Below are positions 16,258 through 26,600 of a stretch of DNA of 64,000 nucleotides, piece after piece (the first letter of the stretch is position 1; the number at the start of each line of letters is the position of its first letter). Made by a program: the position numbers and the translations under genes. The notes under the pieces were generated by a model. The model was not told the DNA's origin. It ran no database searches and was given only the letters and a program-made list of their open reading frames with translations. Source of the stretch: an uncultured Pseudomonadota bacterium (GTDB taxonomy: Bacteria > Pseudomonadota > Gammaproteobacteria > Burkholderiales > SG8-39); the NCBI GenBank assembly GCA_903829815.1, contig CAIKRR010000059.1:15624-79623 (forward strand), read 5' to 3'.

Positions 16258-17481
16258 TTAATTATCAGTGCAAGATGTAAAAGTTAAGGCATTTTTTAAA
16301 GCCGTTAAGTACGCATAACCATACCATCTGCTTGGTTCAAGGACTGCCCCTTCTGCCCATTCGTTCCACGCATTTACAAAGGTTAATCCATCATATCTAG
16401 GTTCTGCTATTACGGATTTCAGATTGGATTTCATCCATTCTTCAAAATTATTTGGGGTTGAATTGCAAAAAATAGCAGCGTTTTCTCTTTTTCTGGCTGT
16501 GTTATCCCAGCTTGGAAATGCGCACTTGAATACCAAATTACCACCGTAGTCTGCTGTTGTGAAGTAGTTTTTTGCCATCACAGAGTCATGCAAACCACCT
16601 TTGAATTGGTTGTTGATAAGGAATGGCATGCTTTGTATGTTTGCTTTAATCCCATATTTCAAAAATTCGTGCGGGGGGAATTGTACATAGCCATCAAGTA
16701 CGCCATTGTTGATCGACATTTGAGCTGAGCTCAAGCCATAAGGTCCACTCAAAATTAAGGGATTGCCTAAATTTTTCTTTGTTGCTGTGGCACGCCAAAA
16801 CTCTACCGTCCGCTTTAAATCTCCACCTAATAAACTTGGTCGGTATAATATTAGCAAAGGGCGCCCATTGACCCTGATGTAATTGCTTCTTTCCATTAAT
16901 GGAATTAAATCAAATATAAGATTCTTATCATATTCAAATGAATGATTTTGGGGGATTATTACATCACGATCGCTGCCATCCCATCGTCTCGACCACGGTT
17001 CATTTGCCCAGCAGACGGAGAACTCGAAGTTTCTTGGATTTATTTTCAAAAAATTTTCAAGCGGTTTTTGTAATACTTTTTTGCCTTGGAACCAATAATA
17101 GTGGAAGCAAAATCCAGTTAGACCATAATGTGTTGCCAGGTCAATTTGAGATCTTAATATTTCACTGTTATTTAAATCATAGAATCCCAAGTCAGAAGGA
17201 AGATAAGGCTGAATATGCCCCGGAAAATAGGGTAGCGTTCTTGTGACGTTTGTCCATTCTGTAAACCCCTTCCCCCATGCTATATCATTTTCGGGAATTG
17301 CATGGAATTGAGGTAAGTAAAAGGCGGTTACTCTTGGGGTATTTCCCTGTTTCTCGTATTTTTTTTCGTCATGTGCGGCAAAAAATGCCGATTTTGACGT
17401 ATGCAGGGTATTTATTAATTCAAAAATAGATTTGCATTGATTGAATGGAGCATCTCCATGAATTTTGAAATTTTTGTTCAT
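16258..17481 (-). CDS. WbsX-family (GH99-like) glycosyl hydrolase/transferase-like protein
   Basis: 407 aa. Hallmark N-terminal motif FYLPQFHAIPENDIAWGKGFTEWTNV, and later WANEPWSRRWDG and NAWNEWAEG. About 35% GC in a 66% GC genome. Confidence 0.75.
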   Translation of the reverse strand: MNKNFKIHGDAPFNQCKSIFELINTLHTSKSAFFAAHDEKKYEKQGNTPRVTAFYLPQFHAIPENDIAWGKGFTEWTNVTRTLPYFPGHIQPYLPSDLGFYDLNNSEILRSQIDLATHYGLTGFCFHYYWFQGKKVLQKPLENFLKINPRNFEFSVCWANEPWSRRWDGSDRDVIIPQNHSFEYDKNLIFDLIPLMERSNYIRVNGRPLLILYRPSLLGGDLKRTVEFWRATATKKNLGNPLILSGPYGLSSAQMSINNGVLDGYVQFPPHEFLKYGIKANIQSMPFLINNQFKGGLHDSVMAKNYFTTADYGGNLVFKCAFPSWDNTARKRENAAIFCNSTPNNFEEWMKSNLKSVIAEPRYDGLTFVNAWNEWAEGAVLEPSRWYGYAYLTALKNALTFTSCTDN

Positions 17482-17494
17482 AATTTAATTGAAT

Positions 17495-17656
17495 GGATTG
17501 GTATCCGGTCTCATTGAAGCGGTTAGCGATCTGGCGGTCATTCCATCCCTGTGACCTCAGCGAGAACACTGTGGAAATAAGTTCCTGTTGGTAAGCACCC
17601 AACGGTCGAATGTCAAGGGTGACAGGACCGCAGCTGACGATAGGTCCCTTTGCGTA
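17495..17656 (-). pseudogene. recombinase-like fragment (HTH segment resembling large serine recombinases / resolvases)
   Basis: Open frame ...PLGAYQQELISTVFSLRSQGWNDRQIANRFNETGYQS resembles the (IF.LY..G.S...IA..LN..G) segment of serine recombinases. There is no catalytic domain. Similarity ends where the WbsX gene start region begins. Confidence 0.35.
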
Positions 17657-17689
17657 CTATCTGCCGGGACTATGCTGAGCAGGTCCCAA

Positions 17690-17709
17690 CAGGGTTACTC
17701 CACCGTCAC
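17690..17709. repeat. right direct repeat (functional glmS stop-codon region)
   Basis: cagggttactccaccgtcac covers the last four glmS codons (VTVE), the stop, and 5 nt downstream. It matches 15411-15431. Confidence 0.7.
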
Positions 17710-19530
17710 CGACTTCGCCAGATTGCGCGGCTTGTCCACATCCGTTCCCCGCGCGAGCGCCGTGTGATACGCCAGCAGCTGCAGCGGAATCACATGCAGG
17801 ATCGGCGACAGCAGCCCGGCGTGGTCTGTGAGCCGAATCACGTGCAGCCCATCAGCCTCGGCGATCGTGGCCCCCTCATCGGCAAAGACATAGAGTTCGC
17901 CGCCGCGCGCGCGCACTTCCTGCAGATTGCTCTTCAACTTCTCGAGCAGGCGGTCATTGGGCGCAATGGCAACGACCGGCATGTCGGCATCGACGAGCGC
18001 CAGCGGTCCGTGCTTGAGTTCGCCTGCCGCATAGGCCTCGGCATGGATATAGGTAATTTCCTTTAGCTTGAGCGCACCTTCCATGGCGATGGGGTAGTGA
18101 ATGCCCCGCCCGAGGAAGAGCGCGTGATGCTTGCTCGCAAAGGCCGCCGCCCAGGGCAGCAGCAAGGGCTCGATCGCGAGCACCCGCGCCACTGCCGCCG
18201 GCAGGTGGCGCAGCGCCTGCAGCAGTTCGGCCTCCAGGTCAGCCTCAAGACGCCCGCCGACACGCGCGAGCACGAGTGCCAGCACGAAGAGCGATGCGAG
18301 CTGCGTCGTGAAGGCCTTGGTCGAGGCCACGCCTATCTCGGGGCCGGCGCGGGTCAAAAAGCGCAGGCTCGACTGGCGAATCATCGCCGACTCAGGTGAA
18401 TTGCAGATCGTGAGCGTGTCGGTGAGGCCCTGTGCCTTGGCATGCTCGAGCGCCGCCAGCGTGTCGGCGGTTTCACCCGACTGCGAAATCGTGACCACCA
18501 GCGTGCCCGGCAGCGCCACGCTGTCGCGATAGCGGTATTCGCTCGCGATCTCCACCGCGCAGGGAATGCCGGCAAGTTGCTCGAGCCAGTAGCGTGCAAC
18601 ACAGCCCGCGTTGTAGCTTGTGCCGCAGGCCAGAATGAGCACTGCCTTGGTGCGGGCAAAGACCGGCGCGGCATCAGCACCGAAGAGGTTGGGGGCAAGC
18701 GAGCGCGCGTTGGCCACCATTTCGAGCGTGGCCGACAACGCTCCCGGCTGCTCGAAGATTTCCTTCTGCATGAAATGGGCGTAGGGCCCGAGTTCGACCG
18801 CCTCGGCCGAAAGCTGGGACAGCCGCACCGGCCGCTCAACGGCGATGCCGGCCGCATCGAGGACACGCCAGGTGGCTGCAGTGGCCTCGACACAGTCGCC
18901 CTCCTCGAGATAGACCACGCGTTGCGTCGCCCCGATCAGCGCCGAGGCATCGGAGGCAATGAAGTTCTCACCCTCGCCCACGCCGAGCACCATGGGTGCA
19001 CCGCGCCGGGTACCGACGATGCGACCCGGCTCCCTCGCGCAAACCGCCGCAATTGCGTAGGCACCACGCAGTTCCTTCGTTGCGGCACACAGCGCATCAA
19101 ACAGCCCGCGGGGCTTGTCGTGCCCGTCAGATACCATCAGCGAATGCACCAGGTGCACCACCACCTCGGTGTCGGTTTCCGAATGGAACACATAGCCGAC
19201 CGCCTTCAGTCGCGCACGGATCTCGTCATGGTTCTCGATGATCCCGTTGTGCACCAGGGCCACATCGCCACTGGCATGCGGGTGCGCATTGTGCTCGGCC
19301 GGCCGGCCATGGGTTGCCCAGCGGGTGTGTGCGATACCGGTGGTGCCGACCAGGCCGTTGGCCTCCCGCTCCAGTTCGGCCACACGGCCCACACTGCGCA
19401 CCCGGTTGAGGTCGGGGTTGAGCACCGCAAGGCCCGCCGAATCGTAGCCGCGGTATTCAAGGCGCTTGAGGCCAGCGATCAGCAGCGGAACGATATTGCG
19501 CGTGGAGGCCGCCGCCACGATGCCGCACAT
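17695..19530 (-). CDS. glmS: glutamine--fructose-6-phosphate aminotransferase (isomerizing)
   Basis: 611 aa. N-terminal MCGIVA nucleophile, two SIS-domain regions, C-terminus KSVTVE. Confidence 0.97.
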   Translation of the reverse strand: MCGIVAAASTRNIVPLLIAGLKRLEYRGYDSAGLAVLNPDLNRVRSVGRVAELEREANGLVGTTGIAHTRWATHGRPAEHNAHPHASGDVALVHNGIIENHDEIRARLKAVGYVFHSETDTEVVVHLVHSLMVSDGHDKPRGLFDALCAATKELRGAYAIAAVCAREPGRIVGTRRGAPMVLGVGEGENFIASDASALIGATQRVVYLEEGDCVEATAATWRVLDAAGIAVERPVRLSQLSAEAVELGPYAHFMQKEIFEQPGALSATLEMVANARSLAPNLFGADAAPVFARTKAVLILACGTSYNAGCVARYWLEQLAGIPCAVEIASEYRYRDSVALPGTLVVTISQSGETADTLAALEHAKAQGLTDTLTICNSPESAMIRQSSLRFLTRAGPEIGVASTKAFTTQLASLFVLALVLARVGGRLEADLEAELLQALRHLPAAVARVLAIEPLLLPWAAAFASKHHALFLGRGIHYPIAMEGALKLKEITYIHAEAYAAGELKHGPLALVDADMPVVAIAPNDRLLEKLKSNLQEVRARGGELYVFADEGATIAEADGLHVIRLTDHAGLLSPILHVIPLQLLAYHTALARGTDVDKPRNLAKSVTVE

Positions 19531-19534
19531 GGAA

Positions 19535-20923
19535 TCATCCCTTTTTCGGAGTTTTTGCCGGACGCTTCCAGCCCGGGATGGTGGTCTGCCTCGCCCGCGA
19601 GACGGTCAGTTGATCGGGCGGGGCATCGCGGGTCAGTGTCGTGCCTGCGCCGATGGTAGCGCCTCGCCCGACCCGCACCGGGGCAACCAGCTGCGTATCC
19701 GAGCCGATGAAGGCGTCATCTTCGATCACGGTGCGGTGCTTGTTGACGCCATCGTAGTTGCAGGTGATGGTGCCGGCACCGATGTTGACCCGCGCCCCGA
19801 CAATCGAGTCGCCTACATAGGCCAGGTGATTGGCCTTCGAGCCGGCGCCCACCCGCGACGCCTTCACTTCGACAAAGTTGCCGACATGCACGTCACGATC
19901 GAGCACGGTGCCAGGGCGCAGCCGCGCATAGGGTCCGATGCGACAGGCCTCCCCCACCACTGCATCGTCGAGATGGCTGAACGGTTCGATGCGCGAGCCT
20001 GCGCCAACCTGGACATTGCGAAGAACACAGTGGGCACCCACCACCACGTTGTCGGCAAGGCGCACCACCCCTTCGAACACACAATTCACGTCGATCGAGA
20101 CGTCCCGGCCGCAAACGAGTTCGCCGCGCACGTCGAATCGTGCCGGGTCGGCCAGGGTGACACCTTGCTCGAGCAGCGCATCGGCCGTCACGCGCTGCGC
20201 GATGCGCTCGAGTTCGGCCAGTTGCGCCCTGGAATTGACACCCGCAGTCTCCCAGGCATCGCGCGGCTGACAGGTCGCCACTACAAGGCCCTCGGCAACG
20301 GCCATCGCGATCACATCGGTGAGGTAGTACTCGCCCTGTGCATTGTCGTTGCGCAGATCGCGCAACCAACGCACCAGCGAGGCTGTCGGGGCAACCAGAA
20401 TGCCGGTGTTCACCTCGGTGATGGCGCGTTCGGCCTGGCTGGCATCGCGCTCCTCGACGATGCGCTTGACGCGCCCGGCTTCGCGCACGATACGGCCGTA
20501 GCCTCGCGGATCGGCAAGGGTCACCGTGAGCACAGCGAGTGTTCCGACCGCCTGCGCCACGAGACCCTGCAAGGTCTCGACACGCGTCAGAGGCACGTCG
20601 CCATAGAGGACAAGCGTAGGTTGCGCGAGTTCGAGCAACGGGACGGCCTGCTGCAGCGCATGACCGGTGCCGCGCTGGGGATTTTGCTCGACCCAGTGCA
20701 GATCGGGGGCCTCGAGCGCAGCGCGGACCTGCTCACCGCCATGCCCATGCACGATGATGATGCGTGCAGCATCCGGCGAGCCCGCCGAACCGCCCGCAAC
20801 CAGGCGCCTGGCCGTTTCGATCACGCGCCCGAGCATGGGCTGCCCCGCCACCGGGTGCAGCACCTTGGGCAACGCCGAGTGCATGCGCTTGCCCTGACCG
20901 GCAGCGAGGATGACGACGTTCAT
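19535..20923 (-). CDS. glmU: bifunctional UDP-N-acetylglucosamine pyrophosphorylase / glucosamine-1-phosphate N-acetyltransferase
   Basis: Start at the ATG giving [28 protein letters not shown]-terminal left-handed beta-helix hexapeptide repeats. Lies 4 nt upstream of glmS. The track ORF extension to 21151 is rejected. Confidence 0.95.
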   Translation of the reverse strand: MNVVILAAGQGKRMHSALPKVLHPVAGQPMLGRVIETARRLVAGGSAGSPDAARIIIVHGHGGEQVRAALEAPDLHWVEQNPQRGTGHALQQAVPLLELAQPTLVLYGDVPLTRVETLQGLVAQAVGTLAVLTVTLADPRGYGRIVREAGRVKRIVEERDASQAERAITEVNTGILVAPTASLVRWLRDLRNDNAQGEYYLTDVIAMAVAEGLVVATCQPRDAWETAGVNSRAQLAELERIAQRVTADALLEQGVTLADPARFDVRGELVCGRDVSIDVNCVFEGVVRLADNVVVGAHCVLRNVQVGAGSRIEPFSHLDDAVVGEACRIGPYARLRPGTVLDRDVHVGNFVEVKASRVGAGSKANHLAYVGDSIVGARVNIGAGTITCNYDGVNKHRTVIEDDAFIGSDTQLVAPVRVGRGATIGAGTTLTRDAPPDQLTVSRARQTTIPGWKRPAKTPKKG

Positions 20924-21018
20924 CGGGAGCCCCATCGGAAGATGACGAGATTTTAACCTCGCGCTGTGGCATGCTTGGCAGATAACAGCAACGATGGCCC
21001 AACTCGACGAGGTTTGTG

Positions 21019-21615
21019 ATGCAGACGCTCGCGTATTGCACCCTTGCGCTTGTGCTGTCGGCCCCTCTGGCGCAGGCCGACATCTACAAATGGATCGACT
21101 CGACCGGTGCCGTGCACTATGCAAGCGAGAAGCCGGCAGGTGTCGTCGCAACGACGCGCGTCGACTCGAGCACGATCAATGTCTACACACCGCCCGTTTC
21201 CAACGACGGCCCCGGCACCCGCGTGACGACCAGCACTGGATTCGCGTCGCCAGGGCCGTCCATGACGCCGCCAGCCCCACCCCCACCACTGGGCATGTCA
21301 GCCTACCCACCGAGTGCTGCGCAGACACCCTGGAGCAGTCCCGGCGGCTATCCTGCGGGCCAGCCCGATGCGGCCCAACTCGCCCAATGGAAGGCCCAGT
21401 GCGAGCGCGAGATGTGGGCCGACTGCAATGATCCGCGCACACTCGCGGCTCGCTACGGCGTCAGCTACGGGCCAGCCGTGGTGGTGGTGAGACCCCATAT
21501 GCCGCCAGGCGTGCCTGGCGGAACGATGTTGCAACCACGGGCGGGGATGGCTTTGCCCGGTGTGCAAGGGAACCCGTTGCGTCCTCGACTGTCGGGCGAC
21601 AACACCATCCGCTAG
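21019..21615 (+). CDS. DUF4124-domain periplasmic protein with a Pro-rich C-terminal region
   Basis: Signal peptide ...APLAQA, then [19 protein letters not shown] (DUF4124 signature), then a Pro/Gly-rich region. Confidence 0.7.
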   Translation: MQTLAYCTLALVLSAPLAQADIYKWIDSTGAVHYASEKPAGVVATTRVDSSTINVYTPPVSNDGPGTRVTTSTGFASPGPSMTPPAPPPPLGMSAYPPSAAQTPWSSPGGYPAGQPDAAQLAQWKAQCEREMWADCNDPRTLAARYGVSYGPAVVVVRPHMPPGVPGGTMLQPRAGMALPGVQGNPLRPRLSGDNTIR

Positions 21616-21632
21616 ACCAAGGGAAGACATCC

Positions 21633-22118
21633 ATGCGAGAAATCTGCAGCCGACTTCACATGCTCGCTCTGGTGCTGCCACTGGCCCTGGCAACACTGCC
21701 ACATCGCGCCCAGGCCCAAGCAAGCACCGGACAGGTCTATCGCTGGACCGACAAGACCGGTACGGTCAACTACGGCAAGAGCGCCCCTGCAAATGCGCAG
21801 AATGTGACGGTCGTCAATGCCATTGCACCAAGTACGGTCCAGCCCTCGGCGCCCCCAGGCACAGGCAAACCCATGGAGATAGCGCCGGGCATGATGCCGG
21901 CACCCGGGTCCAGACCGGGCGACCCGGCCAAAGGCGGTGCACCGGGCATCCCCCTGCCTCCGGGCTACATGCCGCCAGTGGCACTCGTGCCGATGCCGCC
22001 CGACCCTTCGACACTGCCCGCCAACCAGACCCGCTTCGCATGGCCGCAAGCGACACAGCCCTCGAAACCGCGACTGATATCGCTGCCAGCGCCCAGTGAC
22101 GTGCCGGTCACGCGATAG
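21633..22118 (+). CDS. DUF4124-domain periplasmic protein (paralogue)
   Basis: Signal peptide, then QVYRWTDKTGTVNYGKSAP, then a Pro-rich tail. Starts 18 nt after the previous gene. Confidence 0.7.
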   Translation: MREICSRLHMLALVLPLALATLPHRAQAQASTGQVYRWTDKTGTVNYGKSAPANAQNVTVVNAIAPSTVQPSAPPGTGKPMEIAPGMMPAPGSRPGDPAKGGAPGIPLPPGYMPPVALVPMPPDPSTLPANQTRFAWPQATQPSKPRLISLPAPSDVPVTR

Positions 22119-22180
22119 TCATCACGCCCCGGTGAGCTCGAGCCCACCGGCGGTCAACACGGTTGCAGTCCGGTTCGACC

Positions 22181-23647
22181 CTAGCGCGGCAGAACCGATG
22201 AGCCCATCAGGAACTCGTCAACGGCGCGGGCTGCCTGGCGGCCTTCGCGGATCGCCCAGACAACCAGCGACTGACCACGTCGCATGTCGCCTGCTGCAAA
22301 GACCTTGGCGCTCGAGGTGCGATAGGCCGCACTGCCCTCGGTCGGGGCCAGCGCGTTGCCACGACTGTCACGCGCAAGCGCGAACGACTCGAGCACGGTC
22401 TGCACCGGCGACACGAAACCCATCGCAAAGAGCACCAGATCGGCGGGCAGTTCAAACTCGCTGCCGGCCACCTCGGTCATCTTGCCGTTGACCCATTCCA
22501 GCCGGGCCGCGGTGAGGCTGGTCACATGGCCATTGCTGCCATTGAACCGCTTGGTTCCCACCGCAAAGTCACGGTTGACGCCTTCTTCGTGAGAAGACGA
22601 CGTGCGCAGGCGCACCGGCCAGTAGGGCCAGACCGGGTTGTGATCAAGATCGGCGGGCATCGGCAGCAACTCGAATTGCGTGACCGACGCGGCCCCGTGT
22701 CGATTTGATGTCCCGACGCAATCCGACCCGGTATCGCCGCCGCCGATCACCACCACATGCTTGCCCTTGGCATTGAGCGCAGGCACATCGTCATCACCGG
22801 CCACACGGCGATTCTGCAGCGGCAGGAAGTCCATCGCGAAGTGCACACCGTCCAGATCACGGCCAGGCACCGGCAGATCGCGCGGCAGTTCGGCACCGCC
22901 CGCCAGCACCACGGCATCGAACTGCGCATCGAGTTCGGCCGGGGTCACGACTGCGGTCGAACGGTCACCCACCCCTTTGGGCAATTCGGCGGCCATGCCG
23001 ACGCGAGTGCGGGTGCGAAACTCCACCCCTTCGGCACGCAGTTGATCGACGCGCCGGTCGATGAGGCCTTTTTCCATCTTGAAGTCAGGAATGCCGTAAC
23101 GCAGCAAGCCGCCGACACGGTCGTTCTTCTCGAACACCACGACATCGTGCCCGGCCCGCGCCAGTTGTTGGGCGGCGGCAAGGCCGGCCGGGCCAGAGCC
23201 CACCACGGCCACGCGCTTGCCGGTGCGCACGGCAGCAGGCTGCGGCTGGACCCAGCCTTCCTGCCAGGCCTTGTCGATGATGGCGTGCTCGATCGACTTG
23301 ATGCCGACGGCCTCGTCATTGATGCGAAGCGTGCAAGCTTCCTCGCACGGCGCCGGACAGATGCGCCCGGTGAATTCCGGGAAATTGTTGGTCGAGTGCA
23401 GGGTCTCGATCGCGGCACGCCAGTCCTGGCGAAACACCAGATCGTTGAAGTCCGGAATGATGTTGTTCACCGGGCAGCCGCTCTGGCAAAACGGGATGCC
23501 GCAGTCCATGCAGCGGGCACCCTGCACCTTGGCTTCGGCGTCGCTCAGGTGTCCGACGAACTCGCGATAATGGCTGACCCGCGAGTCCTTCGCCTCGGCT
23601 GTTTCCTCGACTCGAGCGAACTCGAGAAATCCGGTGACCTTGCCCAT
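22181..23647 (-). CDS. gltD: glutamate synthase small subunit
   Basis: 488 aa. Cys clusters ([15 protein letters not shown]) and the [14 protein letters not shown] dinucleotide fold. Confidence 0.95.
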   Translation of the reverse strand: MGKVTGFLEFARVEETAEAKDSRVSHYREFVGHLSDAEAKVQGARCMDCGIPFCQSGCPVNNIIPDFNDLVFRQDWRAAIETLHSTNNFPEFTGRICPAPCEEACTLRINDEAVGIKSIEHAIIDKAWQEGWVQPQPAAVRTGKRVAVVGSGPAGLAAAQQLARAGHDVVVFEKNDRVGGLLRYGIPDFKMEKGLIDRRVDQLRAEGVEFRTRTRVGMAAELPKGVGDRSTAVVTPAELDAQFDAVVLAGGAELPRDLPVPGRDLDGVHFAMDFLPLQNRRVAGDDDVPALNAKGKHVVVIGGGDTGSDCVGTSNRHGAASVTQFELLPMPADLDHNPVWPYWPVRLRTSSSHEEGVNRDFAVGTKRFNGSNGHVTSLTAARLEWVNGKMTEVAGSEFELPADLVLFAMGFVSPVQTVLESFALARDSRGNALAPTEGSAAYRTSSAKVFAAGDMRRGQSLVVWAIREGRQAARAVDEFLMGSSVLPR

Positions 23648-23679
23648 TGTCTGTCCCTTGTGAGTCTGCGCGGCGCGGC

Positions 23680-26600
23680 TCAGGCCGCAGCCTTGCGGGC
23701 CGCCTGGGCAAGTTCACCCAGCGCACGGCGATATTCCTTCGGAAATACCTTGACGAAGTGCTGCCGCTCGGCCGCCCAGTCGGCCAGGATCTCCTTGGCA
23801 CGGGCACTCCCGGTGAAGCGAGCATGGCGCTCGACCAGTTCGATGAGCAGCTCTTCGTCGGCGCGGCCCATGTGCCACAGATCGATCGAGAGCTTCGCCC
23901 GCTGTTCGGCCTCGGTCGACACCGGCTCCAGATCGACCATGGCCGGGTTGCAGCGCTGCGAGAATTCACCCGTCACGTCATAGATGTAGGCCAGACCACC
24001 CGACATGCCTGCGGCAAAGTTGCGTCCCGTCTCGCCAAGCACTACGACCGTGCCGCCCGTCATGTACTCGCAGCCGTGGTCACCCACGCCTTCAACCACC
24101 GCCTGGGCACCGGAATTGCGCACCGCAAACCGCTCACCGGCCACCCCACGGAAGTAGGCCTCACCCGCAATCGCACCATAGAGCACGACATTGCCGGTAA
24201 TGATGTTGCGCGTGGGCTCGCCACGAAAGTTGGGCGATGGTTGCACGCTGATGCGCCCGCCCGAAAGCCCCTTTCCACAGTAGTCGTTGGTCTCGCCCAC
24301 GAGGTCGATCCAGATCCCCTTGGCCAGGAAGGCACCAATGCTCTGCCCGGCGGTACCGGCAAGTCGCAGATGAATCGTCTCGTCGGGCAGGCCGTCGTGG
24401 CCATAGCGACGTGCCACCGCCCCCGAGAGCATGGTGCCCACGGTACGGTTGATGTTGCGCACGGGCATCGCAATCTCGACTTTCTCGCCGCGCTCAAGCG
24501 CAGGTGCTGCCAGTTCGATCAGACGCTGGTCCATGGCCGCCTCGAGACCATGGTCCTGGCCATCGACATGGCGCCTGGCCACGCTGGCAGGCACGGCAGG
24601 CTGGTGGAAGATACGTGTGAAATCGAGCCCCTTGGCCTTCCAGTGCTCGACCCCCTGCTTCATGTCGAGCAGATCGGCACGACCGATGAGGTCGTCGAAA
24701 CGGCGGATCCCCAGGCTCGCCATCAACTGCCGCACTTCCTCGGCCACGAAGAAGAAGTAGTTGATCACATGCTCGGGCTTGCCCTGGAAGCGGCCACGCA
24801 GCACCGGATCCTGCGTGGCAACGCCCACCGGGCAGGTGTTCAAGTGGCACTTGCGCATCATGATGCAGCCAGTGACCACCAAAGGCGCAGTCGCAAAGCC
24901 AAACTCGTCAGCGCCCAGCAGGGCGCCGATCACCACGTCGCGCCCGGTCTTCAGCTGCCCATCGACCTGCACCGCAATACGGCCACGCAGATGGTTGAGA
25001 ACGAGCGTCTGCTGGGTCTCGGCCAGTCCGAGTTCCCAGGGCGAACCGGCATGCTTGATCGATGACCAGGGCGATGCGCCGGTGCCGCCGTCATGACCGG
25101 AGATGGTGACGTGATCGGCCTTGGCCTTGGAGACCCCGGCTGCGACCGTGCCGACACCAACCTCCGACACCAGCTTCACGCTGATCGAGGCGGCCGAATT
25201 GGCATTCTTCAGATCATGAATCAGTTGCGCCAGATCTTCGATCGAATAGATGTCGTGGTGCGGTGGGGGCGATATGAGCTCGACCCCGGGGGTCGAATAG
25301 CGCAGTTGCGCGATGTACTCCGAGACCTTGCGCCCGGGGAGCTGCCCGCCTTCACCGGGCTTGGCCCCTTGCGCCATCTTGATCTGGATCTGATCGGCAC
25401 TCGCCAGATACTCGGCAGTCACACCGAACCGCCCCGATGCCACCTGCTTGATCTTGGAGCGCAGCGAGTCACCGGGCTGCAAGGCGATGTCGGCCTCGAT
25501 ACGACCATGGCCGATGCGTGAAGCCAGCGTCTCGCCCGGTTGCATCGGCGCATAACGGTTGCGGTCTTCGCCGCCTTCGCCGGTGTTTGACTTGCCACCG
25601 ATGCGGTTCATCGCGATCGCAAGCGTGGAGTGCGCCTCGGTGGAAATGGAACCCAGAGACATCGCGCCCGTTGCAAAGCGCTTCACGATCTCGGCTGCGG
25701 GCTCGACCTCATCGAGCGGCACTGGCGTGACCCGATCGGTACGGAACTCGAACAGACCGCGGAAGGTCATGTGGCGACGCGACTGGTCGTTGATGATCTT
25801 CGCGTATTCCTCGTAGGTCGAGAAGTTGCCCGAACGCGTCGAATGCTGCAGCTTCGCAATCGCATCGGGCGTCCACATGTGCTCTTCGCCACGCGCGCGG
25901 AAGGCGTACTCGCCCCCAGCGTCGAGGGCCCCGATCAGAGTCGGGTCATCCCCAAAGGCTGCTCGATGGATGCGCAAGGTTTCTTCGGCCAGTTCAAACA
26001 GGCCGATGCCTTCCACATGGGTCGTTGTCCCGGTGAAGTAGCGATCAACCAGCGAACGGGCAAGGCCCACGGCCTCGAAGATCTGCGCCCCGGTGTAGGA
26101 CATGTAGGTCGAGATGCCCATCTTCGACATGACCTTCATGAGCCCCTTGCCGATGGCCTTCACGAAGTTCTTCACCGCCTTGTCGGGGTCGACCCCGGGC
26201 AGCGCCTTGACCGTTGCCATGGCAAGCCAGGGGTGAACGGCCTCCGCGCCATAGCCGGCCAGCAGGGCAAAGTGGTGCACTTCGCGCGCCGAGCCGGTCT
26301 CGACGACAAGGCCCGTGCTGGTGCGCAGACCCTTGTTGGTGAGGTGCTGATGAATCGCAGAGAGCGCCAGCAAGGCAGGGATGGCCACCGCTTCACGGCT
26401 CATGCGTCGATCGGAGATGATGAGCACCGAAAAACCCGAACGAACCGCGTCTTCGGCCTGGGCACACAAACTCGCCAGACGTGCCTCGATGGCCTCCTTG
26501 CCCCAGTCGGTGGGGTAGGTGGTGTCGATCTCGAACGATCGGAATTTTCCTTCACTGTACTTCTCGACGTGCCGGATGGTTTCCATCTGGTCGCAATCGA

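Larger units (their letters stand above)
15411..17709. mobile_element. decayed integrative islet at the glmS 3' end, flanked by imperfect direct repeats
   Basis: Direct repeats at 15411-15431 and 17690-17709. GC drops to about 35-55% by eye against about 66% in the flanks. Cargo is unrelated to its neighbours. A recombinase-like fragment lies next to glmS. Confidence 0.6.

Noticed and set aside
17603-17694. Tn7-type insertion at attTn7 downstream of glmS
   Set aside because: There are no tnsABCDE genes and no TGT...ACA Tn7-like ends or 22-bp TnsB repeats. The repeat bounding the islet is a ~20-bp copy of the glmS stop region, not a 5-bp target duplication about 25 bp downstream.
20967-20980. 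Sigma-54-like TGGCAT-gc-TTGGCA upstream of the DUF4124 genes
   Set aside because: The GG-to-GC spacing is 10 nt, not the required 12, and no enhancer-binding protein gene lies nearby.
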